From Octopus sinensis (lineage: Eukaryota), in NCBI RefSeq assembly GCF_006345805.1, contig NC_042998.1, forward strand, positions 97,960,001 to 98,024,000: 64,000 nt of DNA, read 5' to 3'. Each line of letters begins with the position of its first letter. Within the stretch, counting starts at the first letter, position 1. Shown one piece after another: positions 40,564-54,128 of the stretch. The notes under the pieces are model-generated. The model was not told the origin of the DNA. It saw only the letters and a list, made by a program, of their open reading frames with translations, and searched no databases. The position numbers were made by a program, and so were the translations under genes.

Positions 40564-42620
40564 AGAGAGTGGTGCAATCCAAAAAGATCTTGGTACAGGC
40601 AGTTAGTTATATAGATGTCCCAAAGCAGATAATACTTGATCAACAACGTTTATTCTTCAACGTGTGTTACATACTTCGTCCCATATCGAATTTAATGGAA
40701 ATTTCGATGAGAAGACTGCAACTATACAGCACACGGTTTACTAATGGAAATAGCAAATTATGCAATTATAAATTGATAGTTGTAGGAAATGGAGAAGGTA
40801 AATACGTACTAAGTACGACATATGTTTCCAAGAAAAGTTGAACGGGTGTTACGTAACTTTTAGGTATAACATATTTATTGAGCCTGACTTTTTTCTGCCA
40901 CCTTTACCTACGCTTTACAAATGATTGTCGCAATGAACTTGTAAACTGTAGGTAAAATACTTGAAGAAAAGTCAAGCTAAATATATGTGTTAACCTTTAA
41001 GTTATGTAACACATGTTCAGCTTTTCTTGGAAACATATGTAGGGATTTACCGTCCCCATTTCCTACACCTATACATACATACATACATACATACATACAT
41101 ACATACATACATACATACATACATACATACATACATAAGATGTGACAGAATAAGTTTGTTGAAGAAAAATGCTTTGGTACTTAATTCTATCTTATTAACT
41201 TTAATTTTTGCGCAAATTGGTTTTGCTTTTCGTCCTTTGCAAAATCGATCAAATTTTCATCATCTGTTAAATCATCAATCAGGTTAAATACTAGGGTTGT
41301 TACAAACGACTGAAGACACTCAGCGATAGTGACCGAGCCTGGCCGACGCCAAAAACTGAAGTAAGAAAAAAGAATTTAAAAAGAACGTGATTCCTAACAT
41401 AGTCACAAGGCTGATTATTATTAGCAGTAGAAGCATTAGACAGATGGCATAATACAAAAATATATCAAGGATTAAAGATATTCATTAAGCAAAGGTTGTT
41501 GTTGTTGTTGTTATTGTCGCCGTCGTCCAGCAAATCTTATGATCAAATATTTTTTTTTACTAGACATGGTGTATCAAAGATTACATTATTCAATGAATCA
41601 TTGCTTCTTTTAAAAAAAGTGGGCAAAGATTTTAATGCAGGTGAAATTGGAAATTATAAAGTACCTTTCTAGAGGGATGACTGGTGAAAATGCAAGAGCA
41701 TTAGGTGAGATACCTTGCATTGTATGTCCCGGTTGTTTACGTTCTGAGTACAAATTCTGCTGTGGCCTTCTTGAGTGGAAAGCTTAATCATTTGCCCTGT
41801 TTAATCCCACTAATTAGTACCTAGTTCCCTTTAGTGAAGTTCACTCTGTTACAAACAATCAGGTTAGGTCTCCGGTTTAAGGATACCTTTCTCCTGTCCT
41901 CCCACTAATCTCAAAATTCAAGAAAAGTTTACATGTGTTGCTATTCTTCCTGACTAAATGGTAAAAAAAAAAATACCACCTGCAGTCGCTGACCATAATA
42001 ATGGTAAATCCTATAACCCTTATGGATCCTGGAGATACTGAGTAATTTATTAGTAAGGTTTACTGTTAGGTAACGAAATATTTGTCATTTCAGTTCTATT
42101 CTTACTTAGTAGCCATAGCCTTAGATAAATATAGTAACAGGATAAATTACTAGGCTTTAAAAAGTACTGGGGTCGATTCTTTCGACTAAAATTCTTCAAG
42201 GTGGTACCCAGCATGGTTACAGTCTAATGACTGAAACAAGCTAAAGATATATATATATATATAACAATTTTTTGCGTAATAAGATAAAAAAACCAGGGCT
42301 GTATATATATTAGAGCATTTATAGATAGAAGGTCTTACAGCTGTTTCTAGGATATTAATTAATAATATCCCTTCATCGGAGACGGTGTGAGAGGAAAATT
42401 AAGTCATAGTTAGTTTCGATGTGATACAAAATAGAGAGCGAGGTGGATGAAAGAAAATAGATGTAAGATATATTTGGATATTGAATTTGTAAATCCGTTT
42501 TATTGGCATAATGGTATATATGCAATATTCCAATATTCTTTGAGTAAAATCCAAAAGTCCAACAGAGTTTAATATGAGCATTACCTGACACCTTTGGGTC
42601 TCAATGACACCATTATCTCT

Positions 42621-42725
<105 letters not shown>

Positions 42726-42745
42726 TGTGTGTGTGTATATACACT

Positions 42746-42968
42746 CACGAGGGCGGCGAGCTGAAAAGTTCATGGTTTTGTCTTAAAGAAAATATAGGAG
42801 GATCAATTAATTATGATTTTATTGAACATATTTCCCTCTGAGATTCACACACTTATTGCTGTGGACCTTCAGTTTGTCTAAGCCCTGTAAAAGAGCTCGG
42901 AAGGTTGAGCATCCAACCAGGTATTTTGCGATACCTTTAAAGCCATAAACTTTTCAGTATCCCCTCAT
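42746..42968. mobile_element. Mariner-derived MITE
   Basis: Imperfect TIRs cgagggcggcgagctgaaaagttcatggttt / aaagccataaacttttcagtatcccctca. Confidence 0.7.
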
Positions 42969-43376
42969 AAATACATATGTATGTATGTATGCATGCATGC
43001 ATGCATGTATGTATGTATGTAAGTATGTATGTATGTATATCGACATTTACAAAATTATCAACACGTTTCCTAAATATTTACCAGAATGTTGGGTTCCGAA
43101 TCTGAAGTGTATTTAAGAAAGGAGCCGGTCATTCTATAAATATCGATTTCATGAAATAAGAACTCTTTCACTCAACAATATTGAATACATTCTATTCCGT
43201 CTGTAGGCGCATGGGATGTAGAACAGTTTTTTTTTTACTTCATTTTTCTGAGAAGACAAGCTGTGAAAATTAAGGAAAATCATTTCTGCAGGAATGTGAG
43301 ACTGCGTTACAGCGTTGGTTTTCCAGAAGCCTACCTATTCCTCTATTACAGTTGCCGTTTTAGATTGAAATATTGA

Positions 43377-43819
43377 TTTCAAATTTTGGCACAAAGTCAA
43401 CAATTTCGGTGGCTGGGTAAGTCGATTACATTAACCCCACTGCTTAACTGGTATTTATTTTATCGACTCCGAAAGGATGAAAGACAAAGTCGGCTGCGAC
43501 GGAATTTGAACTCAGAACGTAAAGACGAACGAAATGCCACGAAGCATTTCGCCAGGCATGCTAACGTTTCTGCTAGCTCACCAGTTTTTTTCTTTTTTGA
43601 AATGCTGAGTTCAAATTTTTGGCTCAAAGCCAGTAATTTCGGGGGAGGGATAAGTCGATAACATCAACCCCAGAATTCAAATTTTATCAACTCCGAAAGG
43701 ATGAAAGGTAAAGTTAACATCGGCGGAATTTGAACACAGAACGTAAAGACGGTCGAAATGTCGCTAATCATTTTGCCCGACGTGCTAACGATTCCACCAG
43801 TTCGCCACCATTTTTTAAA
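43377..43819 (-). mobile_element. Pair of SINE family A copies inside one 13-bp TSD
   Basis: attgaaatattga at 43364-43376 and 43820-43832. Confidence 0.85.
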
Positions 43820-44004
43820 ATTGAAATATTGAAAACAGAAAATAATTTTTGAAATTGCATACCATTAATTATTTTTCAATACTCTCGAGAATGACAAACA
43901 AAGAACTTGGTTCCTCGCCCTCATTAAATGTCTAGCTTTGTACATGAATAATTATTCAATTTTTTAACAACAGCCACATAAAATATTGTCTTTACATTCT
44001 GTAC

Positions 44005-44034
44005 ATCTTGCTTTTATTCTTTTTTTTTTTTTAG
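44005..44034 (+). other. Polypyrimidine tract and splice acceptor abutting the start codon
   Basis: cttttattcttttttttttttttag|ATG. Confidence 0.85.
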
Positions 44035-44700
44035 ATGGCTGCTAAATATAGTCTTGTTGGTGGTACATTAATCAATATCCTTATTCTGAGCTTTACAATT
44101 CAGCTTGTATTCGTCGGAGTTTCGGAAAGCAGACAAGGCTGCCCAGCCAATTCAGTGAAAGAAGTCATATGTTCGTCGTGTTTCAAGCTGCCAGAAACTT
44201 TGCAACCACTTGTATCAAAGTGTTGCATCCAACCTGAAGCACTCATGCTTTGTGAAAAATGTCTGAGAGACAACGATCATTGTCAAGGGGAAGTGATGGA
44301 GCTCTTGAAACTCTACATACGAAGTGGTAATGTTGTACTTAATCGAAACAACGGCTTAGCTGTCTCACCAGAGAGTGCGTTTGCCAATCGTTACCGATAC
44401 CTGTTAATGAAGAGAGACTACGAGCCTACAACATCAACAATGTCGGCAGATTACGAAAGGTCTTTACTACCGGAATTTCTAAGACAGTATAAAGCATTCC
44501 AGTTAGAAAGGCGATTAGACAAGTTGGTCTCTAAAAGAGAAGCTGAACAAATGGTTGCGGCTCCAGCTGTTGATGAAAGGAAACGATCGGGAAGAGTATT
44601 CACGAGCAGATTTCGAAATCGTTACAGTGGTTATTTGTCTCCAACAGTAACAAGACTGGAACCATCTGGAAAAATTCATTTGTCAGATCTTGAAAAATAG
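44035..44700 (+). CDS. Secreted prepropeptide (neuropeptide/hormone precursor) with an N-terminal 8-Cys domain; possibly lophotrochozoan opioid-like family
   Basis: The longest ORF in the window (221 aa) and non-repetitive. Hydrophobic signal peptide with S-E-S|R cleavage after residue 32. C36-x9-C-x2-C-x13-CC-x8-C-x2-C-x6-C83. Basic sites KR126-127, RR159-160, KR167-168, RKR182-184. Confidence 0.85.
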   Translation: MAAKYSLVGGTLINILILSFTIQLVFVGVSESRQGCPANSVKEVICSSCFKLPETLQPLVSKCCIQPEALMLCEKCLRDNDHCQGEVMELLKLYIRSGNVVLNRNNGLAVSPESAFANRYRYLLMKRDYEPTTSTMSADYERSLLPEFLRQYKAFQLERRLDKLVSKREAEQMVAAPAVDERKRSGRVFTSRFRNRYSGYLSPTVTRLEPSGKIHLSDLEK

Positions 44701-44812
44701 ATGTTACTACACTTTGAAATCTACCATCTTAAAGTCTAAAATGGTTTCTCATTCGTCAAGATATTTCAAAGTCACAATTGTTTCAAACAAATTAAGATGT
44801 GCTCTCTCTCCC

Positions 44813-44922
<110 letters not shown>

Positions 44923-45170
44923 AAAGATAGCTTAATGCTTCAGATTCATTCAGTCGTTTATTCATATTTATTATCTATTAATAATACTACCGACAGATTC
45001 TACGAATGGATTTATTCGGTCTCTCTTTCACGAGAAATTTCTCCTTACTTATAACATCTATAATTTTATGATTACTTCTATTGCAACAACTCATTCAGTA
45101 GACGACTGTTATCAGTTAATTCAACATTCAGCTGGATTTACCAATGAAAAGATATTTATTATTTCGGTAA

Positions 45171-45634
45171 AATAAATATCAGAATCTATTCAGTTAACTC
45201 TAGCCTTTCCCCATGATCAATAGACCCTCCATATAATGAGAAAAAAATATTCAATATTTATTATGTTCATAATTTCCATCAAGAAACCATGAAACAGTGA
45301 TTACTTTTTTGCTAAGTTGAATAACAGACGGAAATGGTCGACGAAAATGTCTTCTCAGCTACACATATGGACACACTGCATTACACTTAGTTAATTTAGT
45401 TAGAACACTTTTTAAAAACAGACAGTCATTGCCATCTTGATATAAACGGATTCTTTCTTTATCTTTTTCATATTCCGGTTCCAGTTGACACTGTGCTGAT
45501 TATTTATTTACAAATTTATGTATTTTCAAATGAAAATAACGATACGATCAATGGCCAAAAATATAATTATAAAAATAAAACAATGGCATCATTATTTATC
45601 GTTTTTACTTATCTGTAATATCAAATGAAATAAA
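45171..45634 (+). terminator. Candidate polyadenylation signals of the prepropeptide gene
   Basis: AATAAA at 45171-45176, 45574-45579 and 45629-45634 in AT-rich downstream sequence; which is used is unknown. Confidence 0.35.
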
Positions 45635-46759
45635 GTATTCCAGTCTTAATGAACTGGATATTGTTTGTGATCCATGAATTTGCTTCTCACCATCCACTCT
45701 ATGGGCTACTCGGCGATGTACGTGCTGAAAACCGTATTCATTTCAATGTTTAATATTATTTGTTTCCAACAGGGACCTTCTCAATTTGTTTATGTCGAAG
45801 GAATATATGTATTAGCACATCTCCGGGAAATAGCGTGTAATGTTAAAATAGCAGGGTTGAACACGACCAAGGGAAATGCTTTGTTTCGTCTGTAATTCAC
45901 CTGAGTTTTTGTTACTGTTGCTGCTGTAGTTGCTGCCGCTTGTCATACGTAATGGAAAAGAATGCAGATGAAAAAAAATCTATTTCTGATTATTACAGTT
46001 TCGGGATTTCAAAAATTTAAAATAACGATGAGAGGTTCATCCCGTTGAAGTATCTGTTTAATTAACTAATAGAAATTACCATCGTCAACATTTTCTGTTT
46101 TTTGAACATCGTGTTTAAAAAAATTGCTCTTCTTAAGGGCCATACTAAAGATTTAAAATCATAGATTATTTTGAACAGCACCAGAAATAGATGAGACTTC
46201 GATGTCACTATTGGTTGCTAAATAATTCAAGTGCCTTGATCTGCAACCATTATAAATTGTTTTCATATGAGTTTTATAATCATTAGAATTTTCAGAAGTG
46301 TTAGTTAAGATGTGTTTCAACTCCAACAATTTCAATAAGTTACCTTGTTTGTAACACCTCTGTTAATGAGTTAGTGAACTGCGCTTCTGATCTTTTGATC
46401 ATTCTTCTTTCTACTTTAATATACACAAATTTTAAGAAAGACAGGCCAAGTAATTAAATGGTAATGTCAGTGAGAGTGAAATTTAATGTTCTCACAGTGT
46501 TTATCAAATCGATTTTGAATTGGTTGTTTATCATTGACCTCTCCATTTCTCAGTTCTAAAAGGTTTATCCATTTGTAAATTTATTATAACAATTCTTAAA
46601 TAGATACCATTTTACTGGCGACTGGAAAGATTTTCATCTTACAGGTTTGTAAAGTTGAACTTCACAAACGTGTAAGATGTTAACATTTTATAGGAATTTA
46701 ACATATCCACTCAATAGACTTCTTTCAAACATAAAAAAAAAACACTAGGGCATTTCAGA

Positions 46760-48960
46760 CCCATTTTACTGCAAAATATCGATGGGAGGATCATGTATGG
46801 AATTATTGCCAGGCGAATCATAATATTCGTACAGCATACCGGATATGTTAATGAAACAATCCAGAAGGTAAGGATCTCTGGAATCCCTGGATACATAGAA
46901 CATACATTTGCCATCTGGGAAGCTATCATCAACTAAAGAAAAAACTGTACATTGTATGGCTAGATCTTGCCAACGCATATGGATCTATTCCACACGCACT
47001 GATTCAAGCAGCTATGGACTTCTTTTGGATTCCAGATGTTCAACGAATGTTGATGCGTTACTACGATAAATTGAGGATGGGATTTACAGCAGGAAGGTTC
47101 ACAACGCAGTGGCAACGGCAAGAAGTAGGTATTGCAGCTGGATGCACGATATCACTCATATTATCTGTGCTAGTCATGGAGATGTTACTAAGATCAACAA
47201 ACTGTGAGAAATCTGTTACAAAGACACCATTAAGGACTTTTATGGAGGACATTACTGTATTGTCAGAATGTAGAAAAGCAGCAGATGAAGCGTTAGAGCG
47301 GTTGGGCGAAATGATAGGATGGGCAAGAATGAAATTCAAAGCTAAGAAATCTCGAAGTGTGGCATTCGTGAAGGGAGTCCAAAAAGAAGTGAAGTTCAAG
47401 ATAAGAGGTGAATATATACTAACGGTGAAAGAACAACAAATAAAAAGTCTCGGCAGAGATTTATTAAATGATAAGAAGCAAAGCAAAGAAACACGATTTA
47501 GTGGAACAGGGACTAAAGGCAATTGACAGAACAACATTACCGGGGAAATTCAAATGCTGGATACTGTAATTTGGACTGCACCCAAGGATAATGTGGCCAT
47601 TGCAAATGTATGAAATAGTCTCGAGTAGAGTAGAAAGAATGGAACAAAGATGTAATGTGTTTATCAGGAAATAGCTCTTCCTAAACCACTGAATACAACT
47701 GCACTATATGGAAAAACTTATGCTGCAACAACTGATAATATCAATCGTCGAAGAATATAAAGCAGGCAAGCGAGGACAGTAATGATGCTAAGGTATTCGA
47801 AAGATCAGAACATCCGAGAAAATCCCACAAAGGTACGAACAGGGAGGAAATGGAAAGCGGAAGAAGCAGTAAACAGCGCGATCGGAAAGCTAAGGCATGC
47901 CGATATAGTCGGAGCAACGCAAGAAGCAAGAGCCGGTCTAGGGTTGAATACTTTCAAACCATTTTGCCTGAGCAGTGTAAAAGTGATGAAAGAGGCAGTG
48001 GTACACGAAGTAAGAAAAGAGAAAAAAGAAAGGCGAAATGTACATTTGGTGCAATTTAGTCGACACGGACAGTACCTGAGATGGGAGGAATGTGGTCAAT
48101 CGGCGAATCTCATGGAAGGAACTTTGGACTTGGGAACAAGCAAGACCATCCTTCCTGATCAAGACTAGCTTCGACGTTTTGACTTCACCGGCCCATTTAG
48201 TCCGGTGGAACATACAAACGACTGATGAATGTAGATGCAGAGAGAAAGCGACGGTGAGACATGTTCTGTCAAACTAAAGACTAGGACTAGACAGATATAC
48301 CTGGCGTCACAATCAAGTCCTCGGTGTCATAAGCGCAGTACTCAAGGAGAAAAATCGAGGGATATAATAGGGGAGAGTACCCAAAAATGGAAAAGCGCGG
48401 AAGGATATACTTCCAGAAGGAGGGAAAAGGACATAAGACCAGGCCTTCAAAAATAGTATACGAGATAGACAAAAGATGGAAGGGATACTTGGAGCTGGTT
48501 GCAGATTTGGAAAGACATAATATTTCCACTCATAAAAACAGCAAAAAGACTGGACTTAATCCTATGGAATACAGAACAAAAAATTAGAATTTTGCTAGAG
48601 CTGACAGTGCCAAGGGAAGAGAACATCGCTGATGCAGAACAACAGAAGGAGAGGCGGTATTAAAGATTAATTGAAGAGTGCTAGGAACAGGGGTGGATTG
48701 TCGAGTATTACCACCTGGCAGTGGGGGCTAGAGGATTTATTGAAAAGAAAATGGGGCATTTTCGAGCTCAGAGCTGAGAAAAGTAAAGTAATAAGGAGGA
48801 TACAAGAGGCAGTCGAAAAAGCCAGCTTCTATACATGGCTGGACGAGAAGACCCGAAATAGCTTGAAAGCCATAAAATGCCAACTGGGAAATAGCGACGC
48901 TAGGTGAGGCTGGCTAGCACTCAAACAGCGTTGCGTGCCCCCCTCCCCAATAGTACCAAG
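46760..48960 (+). mobile_element. Hero-like (R2-group, RLE-type) LINE, 5'-truncated and frameshifted
   Basis: VWLDLANAYGSIPH, GIAAGCTIS, FMEDITVL, WARMKFKAKKSRS, TGRKWKA, CRCREKATVRHVLSN, RYTWRHNQVL, ELTVP, VGARGF. Confidence 0.85.
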
Positions 48961-49069
48961 GCTTGTACCACCAGACAACTAGTCGGCTCTGACTGCTGGA
49001 GCTGAAACTAACACGATTCTGTTGGAAGATACGTCTAGAGAGGGCGCGGGCCAAAACTACGCGCCCTTT

Positions 49070-49430
49070 CCCTCCATTGGTCAGTTGAAGCTTAGTTTGT
49101 CACGTGACAGCTGGTGCTGGCTGCTGGTGTCTACCAGCTAGTATTTAAAGGGAAATTAGGCAGGGTGCTCATTCGCCTGCTGACATTTGTTGATGCTGCA
49201 TCGAAGAAACCAAAGAATAAAAGGCGAAAGAAAAAAGAAAAAAACGCACTCAACACCAGAGCTGAAGATACCTCCGAAAGTGGAGGCTCCGCCACGTCGA
49301 AAACGGTAGAGGAGTAGGGGCTGAAACTGGACGTGGTTCCTCCTGATGATATCCTTAGCCACTGGATCCTATAAAAGAGCTGTTGAGGTAGTGAACCACG
49401 AAACGTTGTAGGAATTCCTCCCGTAATAAG
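49070..49430 (+). mobile_element. Possible Penelope-like terminal repeat remnant
   Basis: GC-richer block with attgg, gtcacgtgac and tatttaaa, then ctgaagat-acctcc-gaaagt-ggagg (hammerhead-like core plus stem). Confidence 0.35.
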
Positions 49431-52269
49431 ACAATCTGTAATTATATTAAAATTAAGAAAACTACAAAATTACGCAAGATACTTGTTAACCCTGAATTTA
49501 AAAAGATCACGTTCATGCTTTGAAGGAAAACAATGAAAGTAAAGTTTATTACCCAATGTGGTTGTTCTAGAAAAAAAAGCTCCATGCTGCGTGTTCATGA
49601 GGTATTCAAGAAGCATGAAAGCGAGTCACTAAATCTAAATCTGCTAAGGAATTTCTCAACTGGTAAGAGCAAGAAATAAACTCCCTCCATATGAGTAATA
49701 TTTGAAAAGAGCCTAATTTGTATCATTCAACCGGGAAAGAATGGAATCCCTCCCAATCTAATTTTAAGCATCTGAACACTATCTGATAGGTTAGCATATC
49801 AGAAGATTCTTCGCTCTATACTCCAATACGACAACCAAACAGTCATCTGATCTACAAAATGGAAATGACTCAGCTACAACACAGTAAAGATATTTAGTCA
49901 GGAAAAGATAAATCAGGTCAAGATTATGATTACTGACATCCAGAACATGAGTTTGAGAATTAATAGTTTCAGTTAGTTCATACACCACAGAGAAATCATA
50001 TCAATGTTTGCCATCAATATCTATTTGGTTGGAATATAGCCAGCCTTTAAACACGCAGATATCGGTAGATGGATAATCCACAAAAATGTTATCAATTTCT
50101 ATTTAATAAACGTATATGCAACATATTAACCTCAAATGATAATTGTCAATTTCTGAAGGCATTAAGTGATGAAATATAACTTGATTTTTGTAGATTATAT
50201 CAATCTTTAACTATCCTCCGAAACAAATCTGTTGTTCTCTCGGTCGAAAAGCAGATTTTAAATTGTTATGCGTGTGACCTCGGTCACTTTTTTTTTGGTC
50301 TTCAAAGATATTGTAATTTGGTCTTTAAAGATGTTGTAAGCCAATTCCTGCCAGTGGAATGAAACGTAATGTATAATTAGATAAGTTCACTAAAGTCATT
50401 CATCTGTTAATCAACGTTTGGGCATTTAAGGAGCAATCACACAATTAGAATTCATAAAAACGTCACAATTAAACATCTGAATAACATACTTTAACACCAG
50501 TTACAATAATATGGTTTTCATAAGCGCTACCACTACGAATAAAAATTCCCATTGCGATCTGTTTTCAAATCAACATGCTACTTTCGTCACATAATGTGTT
50601 CGTTACACCTATATTCAATCGCCTCATAAGAACTAAATGAGAACTGTTTGGTCTCCAGTGTTCCAACCTTAAAAGACATTTCAATGAATAAATTTGTAAC
50701 ACCAAACAACTGAGAGTTACAATCACAATGAGTCCTTTGTTGGAAGGTTTTAAGATACTACATTGTCAAAATTATTGATATTATATACTAAGTTAGCACC
50801 CTCTCCACGAAACTTCAGATCTTGTGCCTATAGCAGAAAGGATATCACATAATGAATTAATGAATCAACTAAGATATTCTGTTTTCACTGATTACTTTCT
50901 ATATAATTATGGCAACTGCGAGAAGAAAATTCTAACGCGTAATTTACGAACACTTTAAATTATTAAATATAGCCAAATGTATGCAAAAAGTTTATATTTA
51001 CATAAACCAAAACGGCTAAAAGCTAATAATGAATTAAATTATGATAGTGTCAAAAGTCTTATTCAAAAATAGACTGTTTCTAATAAGATGAGTGGCAGTG
51101 TAGAAATTCCTTGTTGGCACGTTGTGGTATAAGTTATGTTCTTAAGGTGTAAACTAAAATCGAAATTGAAAAACTGTACTACTCTACGATGTGTTTTACA
51201 AAATTAGCTTTAATATTTCAAGACCTATTACAACTGAAAACGAAGACAACTTAACAGTAACATTAAAAAACACACATACCAGATCTCCACGAAGGTGGAT
51301 GCTCCCTGGACTTGTCTTTGTAAAATATTTTTTACTCCAGAATTAAAAGCACACTAGACACATTTAAATCAATCGCCTATTTTGCTCTAGTCTAATCACA
51401 CCGCAACAGAAAAGTATATTCAATGAAAAGGTACTAATTTGTGATTGAGCACCGAATCCCTTACAAATGTAATTCAATTGTTCAGTTTATAGGGAATGAT
51501 TGGCCAATGGAAATTCAGAACCATGCAACAATCAACCAATATGTTTATACATGCTTTCTGTTAGTTAGACACAAGCCCTTACATTTTACGTTCGTGTTTT
51601 GGTCCTCTCCGAACTTTCATTCTTTTTCTGCCTGCAGAACTACCGCCACCCTGCGTCATTTGGATACTCTGTCCTCCACTGTTACATGTGATAACCTTGT
51701 GTTTTCACATGGCTGAAAGAGTCACCTCTTAGGTAGTCAACCACATGACCTGAAGCTTCGGAAGCCTTAACGAAACGTCAGAAGTACATAGCTATTATAA
51801 TATATTATCATACTTATTTCCTCAGTAACAGTGTCAGTCACATGAAAAGTTTTTCTTATTGAAGTATTTCTACGCCCGTCTCATAATGCTGACGTTAGAA
51901 CACAACCATAAACTTTAGAGTGTGCTGCGGTCGTCGGTGGTCAGCTGACGGATTAGTTTCAAGTACTTCAGGTCTAAGACAAAGTTTTTCACTTTTCCTC
52001 ACCATTTTCATTGCCATCCAAGAATTTATCATGAAAGATCGGAAGAAAATCTAACACTCACTGATTTGATAGATACTAGATATATACCAATGACACCACC
52101 CTAATATCTTTACCTTTGACAAATTGTATAATAAGATAGATGAGACATGTAAAAGAAACATAATTGGCACAAAGTACCAGTTCACTTAGTAAGCAAATGA
52201 TCAGATTGGGTGGCTCCAAAGTGGAACGTCACAGACCATGTTTCTCAGCAATACTGTACTGAATGGTTC

Positions 52270-52420
52270 AGAGTACGTAGAGAGACAGGTCTCGCTAGCA
52301 TCTGCAGCGTTTGAAGGACTAAGAAATGTGATCTAGAATAGGTAAGATATTAGCGAGGATAAAAATAAATAGTTAGGCTGTACAATTCCGTTATTTTCCT
52401 AATTGGAACCCATATCTTAG
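52270..52420 (+). mobile_element. Very old RTE-like fragment
   Basis: LASAAFEGLRNV...LYNSVI resembles the RTE A..AF..L...W...K...Y.S.I motif. Confidence 0.35.
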
Positions 52421-52892
52421 AAAAGTTTATCCTTATATTTTAAGGAGTAAAATATAAGATATGATGATGTCCATACTGTCTTGATAGGCAATAACTACGC
52501 AAGTGAAAGGAAATAACTTCAATAAAGTATTAGAAAACGTGGTAGAAGGGGCTTGCTAAGAGCTAACCTCTTGCTAAACATAGAATACACTACAGGCATA
52601 GTAGGAAAACTTGATATATTTACTCTGTTACCATGCTGAATTTCTTTGTTTCTATGTATTCAAATGACAAAATATGCATCTAGATATACAAATGAATAAA
52701 ATAAAGTGCAGAAGTGTGAGAGTTGGAATGCCTTTGATTAAGATAGAAGTGAATGATTTGAAGGAGATTTAGCAGCTGTTTCTGGCAAGTCAACCAAACG
52801 TGCATTAGTTACCTTGTCAGTACATTGTGAAATAAGTTGTGTCCTTCATATTTTTTGTCACCTGAACAACATGTACAATACATACATATATA

Positions 52893-54128
52893 CGAGGGGC
52901 GTTCAATAAGTAATGCCCCTGACCCACTTGCAGTTGTTTGATCTAGCTGAAATTTTGCATGTGCACTTATTTATACCTCTATAGATTAAGTGGCAAATTA
53001 CAGCTCTGAACTAATTGTGGTTTCTGATTTACAGGTGTTTGAACTGAGTCAAGTGTGAAATGGAGCCTGTTGAGTGTCGAGCAGTGATCTGGTTTTTGTA
53101 TTTGAAAGGACGCACACCACGGGAGACTTTTGATGAAATGAAAGTAACTTATGGTGATGATGCCCCATCATATGACCTTGTAAAACGCTGGCATTGTGAA
53201 TTCAAACATAGTCAGAACTCTATGGAAACAGCTCCCAGATCTGGTCGCCCCCATCTGCCGTTGATGAGACGTCTGTCCGTCAAGTTGAGGCTGCCATTTT
53301 GGAAGGTCAACGCATAACTATTCGCCAAATAGCCCATAAGGTCAAGATTAGTACCGGGTCTGTGGAAACTATCATTCATGACCGTTTGCATATGCAAAAG
53401 GTGTCTGCCAGATGGATTTCCAGGTTGCTCATACCTTTCCAGAAGCAAGAATGCGTTGAGTGCTCGAGGATGAATTTGGAGATGCGCCAAGAAGATGAGT
53501 CAAAATTTTTCAAAAGACTGATCACACAGGATAAAACCAGTCAATGCAGTGAAAGCATCGTGACTCACCTCCTCCAAAGAAGGCAAGGGTGCAGCCCTCT
53601 GCTGACAAGGTTATGCTCACAGTCTTCTGGGACCAGGACGGAGTAGTGATGACAGATTTCCTGGCAAAGGGTACCACAATTACAGGAGCCTATTATGCTT
53701 CACTTTTGAGGAAATTAAGAGAAGTTATCAAAATCAAGAGGCGGGGCAAGATCAGCAAAGGTATCCTCCTCCTGCAGGACAACGCTCCAGTCCACAACTC
53801 GCGTGTTGCCAGATCAGAAGCACAGGCATGCAGCTATGAACTCCTCCCCTTGCACCCTCTGATTTTCACCTCTTCCCAGCCATGAAGTTGATTTTGAAAG
53901 GAAAGCGTTTCCCAGATGATGCAGCCTTGATTTTTGAAGTCACGTCGTGGTTGGAGGACCAAGCTGGGGTCTTCTACAAAAACGGTCTCCAGAGCTGTAT
54001 CAAACGATGGGTGAAATGCATAACTCTGGGTAGTTCGTATGTTGGAAAAGACTAATAACTGTGCCAAGTGTCGTTGCTCTACTGCTATGGGAAGTGGGTC
54101 AGGGGCATTACTTATTGAACGCCCCTCG
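52893..54128 (+). mobile_element. Near full-length mariner transposon with disrupted transposase
   Basis: Perfect 37-bp TIRs (52893-52929, 54092-54128) flanked by TA. ORF pieces MEPVECRAVIWFLYLKG, KVSARWISRLL, LITQDKT, KVMLTVFWD, LLLQDNAPVH. Confidence 0.95.

Noticed and set aside
47014-47526. 170-aa ORF as a host gene
   Set aside because: It is a reverse transcriptase fragment of the frameshifted Hero-like LINE.
53060-53885. SETMAR-like domesticated transposase gene
   Set aside because: No SET domain, frameshifted, and bounded by intact TIRs.
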